A DNA stretch of 64,000 nt from Torpedo marmorata (taxonomy: Eukaryota). Where the stretch lies: positions 72,230,001 to 72,294,000 of the forward strand of contig OZ360223.1 of assembly GCA_977017645.1 (NCBI GenBank), given 5' to 3'. Numbering within the stretch: position 1 is the stretch's first letter; the number at the start of each line of letters is the position of its first letter. The notes beneath the pieces were generated by a model that saw nothing but the letters and a program-made list of their open reading frames with translations, was not told where the DNA came from and made no database searches. A program made the position numbers and the translations under genes. Positions 13,401-27,499 of the stretch are shown here, piece by piece.

Positions 13401-15650
13401 CGAAAAGGCTTTTGACAGATTAGAGTGGAATTATTTATTTAAAGTACTGGAAAAATTTGGTTTTGGAACTACATTTATTAATTGGATTAAAACTATATAT
13501 AAAGAACCTCTGCCAGAGTGGTGACTAATGGACAAATTTCTTCAAAATTTTTCTTGACTAGGTCAACTAGACAAGGATGTCCTTTGTCGCCAGCATTGTT
13601 TATTTTAGCAATAGAACCTTTAGCAGAATTAATTAGACAAGATATTAAGATTGTAGGTATTAAAGTTGGAAAAGAAGAACATAAAATTAGTTTAGTTGCA
13701 GATGATGTATTGATTTATATGAAAAAACCTATTACTTCTTTAATACAATTGAATGTTTTATTGAGAGAATATGGGGAAATATCTGGTTATAAGATTAATT
13801 CTGATAAAAGTGAAATTATGGCATTGACACAAGGGGATTATAATAAATGTAAAGAAATTACACAATTTAAATGGTCAAATGAAGGAATTAAATATTTGGG
13901 AATAAAAATAGATACAAAATTAGCCAATTTATATAAATTAAATTATTTACCATTATTTATGAATATTAAAAAAGATTTAGAAAGTTGGAAAGATTTACCT
14001 ATAACTTTGATAGGAAGGGTAAATTGTATTAAAATGAATGTTTTTCCAAGAATTCAATATCTTTTTCAATCAATTCCTTATGAAATTCCTCAAAAATTCT
14101 TTAAAGATTTAAATTTAATTATTAGGAAAATTTTGTGGAAAGGAAAGTTGGCTAGAGTAGGTATGGAGAAATTAACTTGGGATTACGAAATGGGTGGTTT
14201 ACAACTTCCCAATTTTTAAAATTATTATAAAGCAGCTCAATTAAAATTTATTAATGAAATGTTTGATTTAGGAAAATCTTCTGCTTGGATTAGAATAGAA
14301 TTAAATGATATAGGAGAAGATTTGAAAGAAGAAGTTATTTATAAATGGAATTCTAAATTATTATTAAGAGGACGAAAAACTCTCCTATTTTTAAACATTT
14401 GTTAGAAGAATGGAACAGAGTGGTTAGGGAGATAGGAGGGAAAGGGTTAATTTCTCGAAAAATGCCTTTATATCAAAATAAACTTATTCCATTTACTATT
14501 GATAATCAATTATTTAAAATTTGGTTCCAAAAGGGAATTAAGAAAATAAGTTATTGTTTTGAAGCTAGTAAATGTATTACTTTTCAAAGAATGAAAGAGA
14601 AGTTTAATATATTAAATAATACACTTTTTGCTTATTATCAAATTAGAGCATTTTTAGTTGAAAGGTTGGGTTATAGTTTGACTTTACCAAGACAAAGTGA
14701 ACTGGAATTATTAGTTACTAATGGAGGTGTAAATGAATTTATTTCTCAAATGTATAGATTGTTACAGAGGAAAATGCCTAAATTAGGAATTCTTAAGTCA
14801 AGATTGAAATGGGAATCAGATTTGAATGTAACATTAGATGAAGAACATTGGAAAGAACTATGTAAACAAAGTATGGCGAAGATTATTAACGTTAGATATA
14901 GGTTAGTGCAATATAACTTTTTTCATCAATTATATTTAACACCTAAGAAATTAAAGAAATTCAATCCGACATTATCAGGTTTATGTTTTAGATGTAATAG
15001 ACAGGCAGGTTCTTTTGTACACTGTACATGGCTGTCCAAAGATATACGATTTTTGGTTGAAAATTAAAAAGTTTTTGGACAAAGTATTAAGTATTACACT
15101 CCCAAGGGATCCTATGATATTTTTGTTTGGAGATATTAAAAGAATTAGTATTAAGATGAGATTAAATATGTATCAAATAGAATTTTTGCGAATTGCTTTA
15201 AACGTTTCTAAGAAATGCATTGCTATTACATGGAAATTTTATGTAGATTTAGGGTTAGAAAGATGGCATGCAGAACTTCGTTCAGCTATACCACTTGAAA
15301 AAATTACTTATAATTTACGTAATAAATACCATTTCTTTTTGAAAACATGGAGCCCATATATAAAAATTGTTGGTTTAAGGATTTGAAGATCTCTGCATAT
15401 CAGATCTGACTGGCGAACCTTTGTTCCACAATAAAATTAGCTTATAGTTGTTCTTTTTCAGATTGACATTCTTACTTTATCTTTATCTTTTTTTCCTTCT
15501 TTCTACATTATTAGAATAGTAGGGGTGGGAGGGTTAGGGAGGGGAGGGAGGGAGGGGGGATGAAAATATATCACATGTTTTTTGATAATTTTGCATTTTA
15601 TAATATGTATTATCGAGTGATTTAAAATGTTAAATAAAATATTTTTTAAA
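10474..15650 (+). mobile_element. L1/Tx1-type LINE (element C): frameshifted ORF1 and ORF2, 5'UTR missing
   Basis: ORF1 10474-11570 (ENQSRRN, FYPDLS); APE 11850-12431; RT 12550-14219 (FRPISLLNVDYKI, DAEKAFD, RQGCPLSP, ADD); C-terminus to 15386; G-rich 3'UTR and AATAAA. Confidence 0.93.
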
Positions 15651-15659
15651 ATAAATATT

Positions 15660-16614
15660 AATAATATAAAATCTTACTTAACTCAAAACTTAACCCCACT
15701 ATGCGCAAATGTATATATGTGTGTGTGTGGCAGATCCCAAACCATTACAGCTCAGGCACGATTCTGAAAATTCAATTTTAAAGTTCAGTCTTAGAACTCT
15801 TTTGTGTTGAAACTCAGAATCTTTAAACTGTTGTTCAAAAGTAATTATGGAGTAGGTGAGGCACCAAGTCATCAGACTTCTCAAAACTCACGAATTCTTG
15901 GATAGTTGCTTTCAGAGAAATGTTTCTTCATACAAATGATTTTTCCACTATTCCCCTCTCTTGCGTGGAGATTACGGAACTTGTGATTTCCACGATGATT
16001 TCACAAACTCAGGCAAGGATTTTAGACGAAATGACCATTACTCTGGCCGCAGTAGCACTGCTCTCTCTTACCAAAGAAAGACAGTCGGTGGCCTTTCTCT
16101 TTCGAAGCCACTTTGATTCTGTGTTCCTCCTTTGACAAGGAGAACACAATACAACAGTCCTTTCTCACAGAAGGTTACTGCATTTCTGACCTCAGCTCAA
16201 ACTGGTTCATAATATTAAAGATGCTTTCTTAGAGTGTCGTAATCACATGACATGACATCACTGCTGGCTCTTAAGTTTCATTTCTTCAGAAAAACCACTT
16301 GTGAAGCAAATGACTTCGTATGCTTACACAGATGTCTTTCTAAGTTTCAATTCCAAAAACATGGGTTAACAAGCAGATGGCTTTCTGTTTATACAAGTTC
16401 TTCTCTTTGCAAACATCCATTGTCTTCAGTATTTCAATGGACAATCACTCTAGTTTTTATGGCTGTTTACAGCTGGACATTGCAGACACAGCGTCTCTTC
16501 AAAATGGCCTCTCTGTGTGTGTAATTGTCTTTCCGTGTTTACAAACCCACAAAGTCTTTACTAAAAATATATATATTATAACCAAAAGATTAATAATAAC
16601 ATAATTCTGTAACA
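15660..16614 (-). mobile_element. Diverged LTR related to the solo-LTR family; left end not found
   Basis: Shares TTAACCCCACTA, a (TG)n run and CCATTACAG with 7714-8590; ends in TGTAACA; no TSD resolved. Confidence 0.5.
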
Positions 16615-16735
16615 GCCATTCTCAACCTTTTTTTGCTATGGCCACCTTAGGACTCTGCTCAAAGTTTATGGGCCCCTTCTCTGTGAAGCAGTCAAGTTTA
16701 GTTCGTTTCTTCCGTACTTCTCTCCTACCGACTAC

Positions 16736-17595
16736 ATTCAAGATTCAAGATCAATTTATTGTCATAATAATAAAACAGTGTCATATTACATGAAATTTAT
16801 TTTTGCCTGCTGCAAGGCAGACAGATTCGGCACCGGCAGAAACTGCCTAAGCGCCTCTAACATTCCTTACAGTCAGAGAAAGAGAAGCAAAAGAGAGTCC
16901 CCCCAGAGTCACCGAGTGTCCGTAGATTCGCCTCCAGCGCTTCCGCAGCCTCCAGAGACACACAGAGTCCAGTCCAAACCATCGGCAGCCCGAGCTCCAG
17001 ATCCGAACCTCCGACACGGTCAGGAACGCTTCGGCGCCCTCGCATCCCGGTTCCGATACCTGGTACTCCTCCAGCCAGTTCGAGCCAGTCTCCAGCAGTC
17101 CGCAGCCCGGCGCGAGTCTCCCGACAGCAGTCTCCAGCAGCCTACAGCCTCTGCGGGTTCCTCGCCTCGAGTCGCCAGCAGCCCGCTGCATGCACTGGTC
17201 CTTCAGTCTCAGAGCCCCTCACTGGTCCGCCGCCGTGGTCACCGTCCTGTGGGTCGTCTCCTCCGCTTCTCCTTCTCAGACGGGGGTGGGGGGGGTGATC
17301 TTTCTGTCCTCTGGTGCCCTGCTCCAGTCCTCCGCTTCCCCGGAGTCTGCAGCCCCTCGTGGCTGCTGCCGATTAATAGGTGCTGCCATCTTGAGCGCAG
17401 ACCCCGTGATCGCGGGATCTCAAACAAAACCACCATAGGCTCCCTCAATGGGCCGTTCAAAGCCCGTGCGGAGCCGACGGCAGTCGACTGGGTGGCTGGT
17501 CCCCGCAGGAGCGCTGAATCTCCGCTCCCTTGCTCCCCGCGGGTCCGCACCAGCGGCAGCGCTGCCGCTATAGCGGCTCCAGCACCTCCGCCATT
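16736..17595 (-). mobile_element. Non-autonomous CpG-rich retroposon (element X) with a LINE-type 3' end
   Basis: On the - strand it begins AATGGCGGAGG and ends GACAATAAA plus (GAATCTT)n; no credible ORF; a diverged relative lies at about 56515-57025. Confidence 0.65.
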
Positions 17596-18760
17596 AGAAT
17601 CAGAATTTATTGTCATGAACAAGTCATGAAATTCGGTGTTTTGCGGCAGCATCGTAGTGCAAACATTTATATTATAACCATCTTACGACATTACTATAAT
17701 AAATATAAATAATAGTGCACGAAAAGTAAGGCAGTGTCTTTGGTTCATTGATTATTCAGGAATCTGATGGCAGTGGGGAAGAAGCTGTCCTTGTGCCGTT
17801 GAGTGTTCGTCTTTAGGCTCCTGTACCTTTTTCCCGATGGTAGCATGGCCTGGGTGGTGTGGGTCTTTGAGGATAGAGGCTGCTTTTTTAAGACACCGCC
17901 TCATGTAGATGTCCTCGATGGAGTGAAGTCTGGTGCCTGTGATGTCACAGGCCGAGTTAACAACCCTCTGGAGTTTATTTTTGTCCTGAGAGTTGGCGCC
18001 TCCATACCAGGCAGTGATGCAACCAGCCAGAATGCTCTCCACGGTATACCTGTAGAAGTTTACGAGAGTCTTCGGTGACATACTGAATCTCCTCAGACAC
18101 CTCACAAAGAAAGTATAGCCGCTGGCGAGCCTTCTTTGTGATTGCATCAACGTGGAGGCTCCAGGACAGATCCTCAGAGATGCTGACACCCAGGAATTTG
18201 AAGTTCTTGACCCTCTCCACTATTGAGCCCTTGATGAGGACTGGGTCGTGTTCCCCTGACTTCCTCTTTAAGTCCACAATCATCTCCTTGGTTTTGCTGA
18301 TGTTGAGCTCAAGGTTGTTGTCGTTACACCATTCAACGAGCTGATCTATCTCCCTCCTGTACGCTTCTTCATTGACGTTTGTGATTCTGCTGACAACTGT
18401 GGTGTCATCAGCAAACTTGTTGATGGTATTGGAATTGTGCCTGGCCACATAGTCATGGGTGTATAACGAATAGAGCAGTGGACTCAGCACGCATCCTTGG
18501 GGTGTACCTGTGTTGATAATCAGTGAGGAGGAGACATTGTTTCCAATTCGTACTGACTGTGGTCTTCCGATGAGAAAGTCAAGGATCCAGTTGCAGAGGC
18601 TGGTACAGAGGCCTAGAGTAGCTTCTTGACCAGCAGTGAGGGAATAATGGTATTGAAGGCCGAGCTGTAGTCGATGAAGAGCAGCCGTATGTATGAATTG
18701 CTGTTTTCGAGGTGATCCAAAGCTGAGTGGAGAGCCAGTGATATTGCATCTGCTGTGGAG
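17596..18760 (-). mobile_element. Rex1/Babar LINE, 5'-truncated
   Basis: [35 protein letters not shown]1891-like C-terminus; (ATTCTG)n tail. Confidence 0.92.
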
Positions 18761-21700
18761 CAGACAACATAATTAAAAACATTAAAAATATTTATGTTAG
18801 CTGAGGTGAAAAGAAAACAAGACTTTTACTCTGAGTGTAATAACTGTGGCTTGTGATTCCAGAACAAACAAACAAATAGGAAATCATTCTTATTGAACAT
18901 GTAGGAAAGAAGAAAACATGAACATCTGTATTACAAAATTTTTTTAAAAAATCTTGGAGTACAATGGTTTATACGCAATGAGTCATTATGGAACCTTAAG
19001 CATAAACTTGGGGATGTAAAAACTTAATGAAAAGAACTTTAAAAATATGTCATAAAATGAAAATTTTAGTGAGATACTTGAGCTTGAGGTTCCTGTGCAA
19101 TTGCTTTTGATTCCAGGCTCCAAATTGGATAGTGATAGTCGAAGGTCACCTCTTGTTGTAATATCAAGTCTGTTCCTGAATTTTGTCAAGGAAACTACGT
19201 TGCTGAATCCACATTCAACTTAGTATGTTGAGGGAAAGGAAATGAAAAATATTTTGGCCATTTCCCATCGTTTTGAAAATCTCTTTGGCAGATCACTCTT
19301 AATCCAAAAATCTTTGTTTAAATTAATTGAACTTACGGCTTCCAACTACATCGCTTTGAAGATCAATCAAACTCTCTTGAATTTCTGCGTCAACATCGGT
19401 GGATTGTTCCTCGAATGGTTCTAATATCCAATACGGGATATTGAGATTTAACAGGCCATTAAATATTTCCTGCAGATCTGTGTGTATTTGCTTTTGGGTG
19501 CTTCACATAAACAGTAATGTCATCGTCCTTCAGTACCTCTGCAATCATGTTCAGATTTGGAAATTGTAAAAATTCCCAACATCTGATATTGCTCCAATTG
19601 ACCGAGCTTTTTAAGGAGAGAAACAATGGCTTCCTTACTATCAATGAGGTTATTTTATTTACCCTGCAAGGTCTCGTTCAATAAATTGAGTTTGGGAAAG
19701 ATACCTGCCAGATAAAATGTGTCTGCCTTTGCATCAATGAGTTTTTTTCCATGCTTGTTATGAGAAAGAAAGCAAACAATCGTGTCCCAGAGTGCAACAA
19801 AACGACAATTTCCGCTGGACAGCTACCTCACAATTTAATTTGCACAGCAGCAGCCTGGAAATGTTTGTATTTCAGTTGCCAGAATGAAGGGGATGCGGTT
19901 TTATAAAGTTTACAGTCCTTATGACAATTGAAAGTGAAGCATTTGAACATCCTCCTAAGTTTTTAAGCCATGAAGTGCTCCCTGTGAATGATGCAATGAA
20001 CAGTAAAGATTGAAGGTGTAACATTTTTCCGGCGTGTGATGAACCTTCTGTATTGTCCCACTATTGAAGCGACACCATCAGTTGCACAGGCTGGTGTTCT
20101 TGAATGAAATACTGTTCTCATTTATGTAATTCTACTTCAAAAATAGTCAGTCCCTTAGTATCTATTTTAATCCTAGCAAACAACATCTCTTCCATCAGCT
20201 CATTTCCATTCCAGAATCTGGCATCAGCCATGAGAGAAGTGTCATGCTCTTGCAGAGTGGATTCGCCAAATTGTAAAGAGATTTTCTTGGATTGTAATGA
20301 AATGACATTGTTTTTCAATGTCCCTTGCCATCTCATCAATTCTTTGGAATTACTGAAAAGAATTGCCTGAATAATTTCTTTGGCATTTAAATTCATTACG
20401 TCAGATATTATTATGGACACTGAAGGCAAAATAAGTGACTCAGTGACATTATGAGCATTTCCACTTTTAGCAATCAATCACTTATCTTGTATGATGCAAG
20501 AAGACCCTTTTCTAATTTCTGTGACGTTTCAGTAATCATCTCTTTGAACGTTGGCCTTCTCGAAATTATCTCGAAGGGTTTTGAAGTAATCCAAGTGTTT
20601 ATCTTTCTTTATGTACGTCTCTAAATGTTGTTTCAGCATTCTTGGCCTCATGTTTTTGTTTGAAAATGTATTCAAACAAATCAAACACATTGGCAGAGAA
20701 GGGTTTTGCGGAGATGTAATGAAACTATATGTTAAGTATTCCACCGAATACTGCCAACACTTATTTTTGCCGAGGAACACGTGCATAAAATTATTTCTGA
20801 AAGTAACAAAAATTAACTATGACAAAACGAAAGCACTTCTTACAAGGGTTAGCTCAAAAGTCATCTTAAATTTTGTGGAAATTAATGAACAATATATACC
20901 TTCTTCAATAAAGGCTAGCAGAAGGAGACATACATTCACTATCTGTCACGAAAACTCAAAGCAAAATGAGGGGGCTTGCAGACACAAGAAATATGGAGCA
21001 AACTTTTTCGGCCTGCACACTTATTTCCTGGAATTTGAAGGCAATAGAACAAAATGGGAAAACAACATGGTTGGCAATTTATAGCCGAAGCTGGTTTCAT
21101 GTCAGTCAAACACAATCATATCGAAGCAAGGAACACTCTGAAAACATTATTAATTTATCTTGGCCATTCTCGGCTGTCTCCAAATGCCTCCAATCATGAA
21201 AAAAATCTTGCATTACTTGGCAACTATACAGCAAAACCAAACAGCAACACCCTTTCCTTCCCAAAAAATGTTTAATCCATTCAGTTTCCATGCCCCCTTA
21301 TACACTTTGAGTTCTCCTGATTAAGATTTCAGTCTGTGAGCCCCCGTTGAGAATGGCTGGTGTAGAAGTTTTATCCCATATTCTAAAACGTCGCTCCCCA
21401 CTGATGATAATTTTAAAAAAAACAAGTTCCGACCTTGCCTTAGTTGTCTGTGCTTTTGCTACCAGCAAGCGGGTTATAAAGCAGTGTGCTAATTCAGTAG
21501 AGTGTATTTGAACCTGGGAACAAACAGGGATGAATCTCTTGTATATTTTTACAAACCTAAAGTAGTACTGAAAAGGAGATGAATTTACCAGTGATTTTTG
21601 TTTTGAAATGGAAAGTTATCTTGCTCCCTCCTCTGTACAAGGATGAAAATGCAGTTGGAATAAAATTGTGTGAGCAATGTGAATTGAGCTTTATATTGAG

Positions 21701-22399
21701 GGTTGTTTTTAACAACCTAAGTATTGTTTTGTGGCTCCTATTATGAGGGAAATGATTTTAAAAATTCCATTACTGATTTCATAATTGTAATCATGACTCT
21801 GATTGCATGTCAAGTTTGAGATGAAATCTGGCTTCAGTTCTTTTCTGAACTAGTGTTCAAGTTCCCCCTTAATATTTGCTGTCCAAGGATAAAAAATACA
21901 CAAGTGCTGAAATAGCTTCTTGACTTTAGGATTGAAATTAATCAAGAGTGTTTGTGTATCATGTCTGGTGTTACTTTCAGTGGAAAATTCATGCTTTTTT
22001 TCTGTTGACTTCTGCTTTCAGCATATCATGGTGGGGAATCATTAAAATTTAGTATGTGAAACTTGTAATTTGGAAAGTTGAGCTGCTATTACTGACTTTT
22101 AAAAACAATTCAGTAATAGCAACAGTATCATTCCTTTACGGGTTATAGAGTTAAAGAGCTGCACATCTTTCAGTAATCCAAATTCATTGGATTCGAACTA
22201 TTTGTGTTACATTATACAACATTACGCACAGTCTAAAGCATAAAGGATTTCATCAATGTATCATTGACACCAATATGGGCAATGATTCTTGGCTAGTTCA
22301 TCTTCTCTCTCACCAGTGTTCTGCGGCAATTTAGTGACATGTTGGACCCTGGTGCTAGGGAGTACCCTTAAGTCTTTGACTACATTCTGATCGACAGGA

Positions 22400-25280
22400 T
22401 CCATATATATATGGAATGGCAAGGGCAGATTAGGGATGGTCAACATGGCTTTGTATATGTCTTATGCGCTGACCTAGATTATTGATGAGGTCAGGGGATC
22501 GACATTGTCTATATGGACTGCAGCAAGCTTATTGACAAGTTCTTGCATTGGAGGCTAGTCTGAGGGATCAGATTACATGAGATCCAAAGTGAGCTGGCCA
22601 ATTGGTTTCAGAATCAGAATTTATTGTCACGAACAAGTCATGAAATTCGGTGTTTTGCGGCAGCATCATAGTGCAAACATTCATATTATTACCACCTTAC
22701 GACATTATATAAAATATATAAATAATAGTGCACGAAAAGTACGGCAGTGTCTGGTTCATTGATTATTCAGGAATCTGATGGTAGCGGGGAAGAAGCTGCC
22801 CTTGTGCCGTTGAGTGCTCGACTTTAGGCTCCTGTACCTTTTTCCCGATGGTAGCAGAGTGAAGAGGGCATGGCCTGGGTGGTGGGGGTCTTTGAGGACA
22901 GAGGCTGCTTTTTTAAGACACCGCCTCATGTAGATCTTCTCGATGGAGTGAAGTCTGGTGCCTGTGATGTTACAGGCTGAGTTAACAACCCTCTGGAGTT
23001 TATTCTTGTCCTGAGAGTTGGCGCCTCCATACCAGGCAGTAATGCAACCAGCCAGAATGCTCTCCACAGTACACCTGTAGAAGTTTATGAGAGTCTTCGG
23101 TGACATACCGAATCTCCTCAGACACCTCACAAAGTATAGCCGCTGGCGAGCCTTCTTTGTGATTGTATCAACATGGTGGCTCCAGGACAGATCCTCGGAG
23201 ATGTTGACACCCAGGAATTTGAAGTTCTTGACCCTCTCCACTACTGAGCCCTCGATGAGGACTGGGTCATGTTCCCCTGACTTCCTCCTGAAGTCCACAA
23301 TCATCTCCTTGGTTTTGCTGATGTTGAGCGCAAAGTTGTTGTCGTTACACCATTCAACGAGCTGATCTATCTCCCTCCTGTACGCTTCCTCATTGCCGTT
23401 TGTGATTCTGCCGACAACTGTGGTGTCATCAGCAAACTTATAGATGGCATTGGAATTGTGCCTGGCCACACAGTCATGGGTGTATAATGAGTAGAACAGT
23501 GGGCTAAGCACGCATCCTTGGGGTGCGCCTGTGTTGATAATCAGTGAGGAGGAGACGTTGTTTCCAATTCATACTGACTGTGGTCTTCCGATGAGAAAGT
23601 TAAGGATCCATTTGCAGAGTGGGGTACAGAGGCCTAGAGTTTGTAGCTTCTTGACCAGCACTGAGGGAATAATGGTATTGAAGGCCGAGCTGCAGTCGAT
23701 GAAGAGCAGCCATATGTATGAATTGCTGCTTTCGAGGTGATCCAGAGCTGAGTTGAGAGCCAGCGATATTGCATCTGCTGTGGAGAGATTGTGACGATAG
23801 ACGAATTGCAGTGGGTCCAGATCTTTGCTTAGGTACGTGTTAATTCTGGCCATGACCAGCCTCTCAAAGCATTTCATCACAGTAGAAGTTAGTGCTTCTG
23901 GGCGGTAGTCATTGAGGCAGTTTACACTACTCTTCTTGGGTACTGATGCCCTTTTGAAGCAGGTGGGAACCTCTGACTGCCGCAATGAGAGGTTGAAAAT
24001 GTCCGTGAACACTCCGGCTAGTTGGTGGCGCAGATTTTCAGTACCCTGCCAGGTACGCCGTCAGGGCCTGACGCCTTGCAAGGATTCACCCTCTTGAATG
24101 ATGTTCTGAATTCGCCCTCAGAGACAGATATCACAGGGTCCTCAGCCTTTTCAGGGATTCTAGTAGGCACTGTTTGGTTCTTCTCAATGCAGGCATAGAA
24201 GGTGTTCAGCTCATTGGGTAGTGAAGCATCACAGCCGTCTATAGTGTTCGCCCTCGTTTTGTAGGCTGTAATGGCCTGCACTCCCTGCCATAGCTGGCGT
24301 GTATCTGTCTCTGTCTCTAGCTTCAGATTGGGCATGAAGATGGGAGCTAGAGTGTGGCAGTATAGGGTTGTAATTAGATTGGAGGTTCGTGACTCGTGGG
24401 GTGCCATACTTTTGTTTGTCATCCATATTGACAATTTGATGACAATGTAGTTGTGTCAAAATGAGAGGAAAATTGGTGGAATAGTGGGGAGTAAATGAGA
24501 TTAGCTTACATTGCCACAGGATCTAGAGGAACCGAGAGAGTCATGGAGGAACATTAGGAATTTAATTCTGACAAGTTTGAGGTGATGCACTTTGGTAGGT
24601 TAAACCAGGGCAAGACTTAAACAGTGAGTGGTCAGGACCTGAAGAGTGTTGTAGAACAGAGAGAGCTGGTACATAGTTCCATGAAGGCAGTGATGAAGGC
24701 AGCATTTGGCAGTTTTGCCTTCATTGGTCAGGGCACTGAGTACATGAATTGAGTCATCATATTAAAACAAAACAAAATGGTGAGACCATACTTGGAGCAT
24801 TGTGTGCAATTTTTGTTGCCCATCTGTTGGAAAAATGTTGCCAAGTTGGAAAGGGTGCAGAAAAGATGCATGAGAATATTATTGGGACTGGCATGCTTAA
24901 GTTGCTGGATAGGCTGGGAATTCTATCCCTTGAGCGCAGGAAGCTGAAGGGGAAAACCTTATAGAGGTGAATAAAATCATGAGGGGCATAGATAAGGTGC
25001 ATAGTTACAATCTTTTTTCCAAGAGCAGGGGTGTTTGAAACCTGAGGGCCTTGATTAAATGTGACAGGAAAGATTTAAAATGAACCTGAGTTGCACCATG
25101 TTCAAACAGCATGATGGGTATGTGGGTATGTGGAACAAGCTGCCTGAGATACTGGTACAGCCAGGTACAGTACATTTAGAAAACATTTACACTGGTTCAT
25201 GGATAGAAAAGGTTCAGAGGGATACAGTCCAAATGTAGGTATATGGGACCAGCTTGTGGAGACAATTGCTTGACGTGGAC
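22400..25280 (+). mobile_element. Old CR1-type LINE fragments, split by the Rex1 copy at 22608-24335
   Basis: CR1-like segments (GAGGTGATGCACTTTGGTAGG, SLERRKLKG); boundaries approximate. Confidence 0.65.
22608..24335 (-). mobile_element. Rex1/Babar LINE, longest copy, RT domain nearly complete
   Basis: [31 protein letters not shown] and KFADDTTV motifs; ORF 22756-23511 open to the C-terminus; (ATTCTG)n tail. Confidence 0.93.
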
Positions 25281-25829
25281 AAAGCCTAATTTTATGTTGA
25301 GGAAAGCAAGTCCACCTTATTTACTGTTGAACCTCAGTCATTGAATGTTTCTTGACCTGTTCTGTAGCGTTTAACCACTCATGGAGCAAGATGTGTCAGG
25401 ATCATGGGCATAGGGGAAATGAGAGGTTGGAAGGTGTTAATTCATGGAGGGTTATGAAAACAAGAAGATTACAATTACTCCATTTTCATTGAGAAGTGAA
25501 TGGAGCATGGTGCTATTGAATAAACAGAAGATAGTTTTGGTTGGAAGATGGGAGACCAGCTGGAATAGTGAAGTCTAAATGTAATGAAAACATTTAGCCA
25601 CCGTCCACTTGCCTTTTCCAAAGTTTCCCCAATTGGATTGAAAATAGCTTAAATATGTTTGGCAACAAACACATTACATGTACATGATGAATATGGAAGG
25701 TCAGCAAAGAGATGATAAGAGTCCACAATTGAATTTTGTAGTTATGGAGGGATGAAGTTGGAGTATTGACGGTGTACCTTGAGGTTCATGGGCTAATGTC
25801 TGGCTTTAAAGGGAGGAATTGAAATTGGG

Positions 25830-26012
25830 AAACACAAAGACTGCAGATGCTGGAAACTTGATCAAACATTGAGCTGCTGGAGGAACCCAGTGGTTCAGAC
25901 AGCATCCATGGGTAGAAATAGTCAATCAACGCTTCAGGTCGGAACCCTTAATCGAGATTCAATAAAGAGTCACTGCATGAAATCTACCCGTGGATGTTGT
26001 CTGACCTGCTGA
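25830..26012. mobile_element. Old Penelope-like terminal/foldback remnant
   Basis: AACACAAAGACTGCAGATGCTGG...CTGGAGGAACCCAG followed by inverted TCTGACCTGCTGA. Confidence 0.6.
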
Positions 26013-26769
26013 AATGAAATAGTGAATGGAGCAAATCACTGATGATCATTGGGCATGCAGCTGATGGTTTTATTCTGTGTAAAAGGTCAAATTTTTATCT
26101 CCGATTGCTATTCATGATATTTCATCGTGCAAATCAGGCGAATTCTCTGTTTGACTATTAACTTGCATTATTGATCATGTACCCTTTTGATAACTTGGAC
26201 TAAAAAATATTTGGCACAGACGAAATTGGTATGGTCCACACAGAACAGTTGAGAAACATGATTGGAATAGATCAATTCCACATGATTGGAATAGATCATT
26301 AACATCTGGAGCCCAGAAAAGAGAAATGTTTCTGTTAATGCAGTGGAGATAGATATTGAGCATCAGAGACCCTGTATTTAAATGATGGGATTTTAACATT
26401 TGTTTTTTCAAGTATGTACGATGGATTGTTGGAAGCTGATGTAATTTGCTTCTGCTGTTGTTATGTTAAACCACACTTACCCTGCCTATTCTTTCAACTC
26501 CCCAAAAGTAAAATGACAGCCCTGCAGTTGAATAGAATGTTTATGAAGCTATGTTACAAGAGATCTACCGTAATAACTAACCAATTCTCATTGTGTGCAG
26601 GATATTCAAGGAGCTGCTGTGTTTTTGTATTTGCTTGCTACCACTAGAGAGCTCTCTATGCACTCTATTCTTTCCAGGTTCCTCTAGCAATTCTTTGACT
26701 GACAGAAATACGATTCTGCTTTTAACGTAGAGGCTTCCTGTAAATATTTACTGTGATTTGTGCAATTTT

Positions 26770-26972
26770 AAAAAAAAAGTTTTAAATTTAGACACACAGC
26801 ACAGTAACAGACCCTTCCGGCCCTGCCACCCAAATACCCCAATCAACCTACAACCCCCGTATGTTTTGAAAGGTGGGAGGAAACCGGAACACCCGGAGGA
26901 AACCCATGTGGACACGGGGAGAATGTATAAACTCCTAACAGACAGCACTGGATTTGAACCCGGGTCGCTGGC
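26770..26972 (-). mobile_element. tRNA-derived V-SINE (HE1-like), 5'-truncated
   Basis: - strand has a B box (GGTTCAAATCC), the V-domain TTCTCCCCGTG...GGGTTTCCTCCGGGTGTTCCGGTTTCCTCCCAC and a CR1-like tail. Confidence 0.85.
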
Positions 26973-27499
26973 CTTTAAAAAAATATCTTTGGACTTGCTT
27001 TGTGAAACACAAAGACAATCAACTAAACCCATTTTTTCTGCTTTCTACAATGTTTGAAGTGAGAATAGGATGTTAAGTGATGGTTAGGTTATTGCAGTTA
27101 TTTGCATTTATCCAACTGGAATATTGTAACAGGAATCTGGTGAATTTCATTTAATTGAGACACTGAAATCTTTAACAAGAATGGTGCACGAGCTGATTGT
27201 ATTTAGGACATTCTCGTCTTCCTGGTTTAGAAACATAATCAGGTGAGTAGCTAAATAAAGTGCAAAAATGCTTAGACCAGAGAGCATGCTGGTGTGCTAC
27301 TGTTACTCCCTTTCAAAATTATTCTCTTCTGAAGTGCTCCATGATACAGAGTGTGACAGGTTCTGAATAACACGCAGTTTGTGAGCATAAATTTTCTTCA
27401 CAGCATTTGTCTTCAATTTCCATGTTTCCTCCAGAGTCAATGTTCCGAAACAAAATTAGACCCTGATGATGTGGCTCCTTCAAATTCACTCTACTTGTA

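Larger units (their letters stand above)
16613..21359 (-). mobile_element. hAT (Charlie/Buster-type) DNA transposon with decayed transposase, interrupted at 16736-18760
   Basis: TIRs CAGCCATTCTCAAC / GTTGAGAATGGCTG; BED-finger piece PMCLICLNTFSN...LKQHLET; IAKSGNAHNVTESLILP; CATDG and HCIIHREH motifs; C-terminal TKFRNRLD...DLRLSLS; left 8-bp TSD not seen. Confidence 0.88.

Noticed and set aside
16778-17652. 283-aa and overlapping ORFs as a host gene
   Set aside because: Low-complexity frames open on both strands of a GC-rich repeat and running into a Rex1 tail; no recognisable domain.
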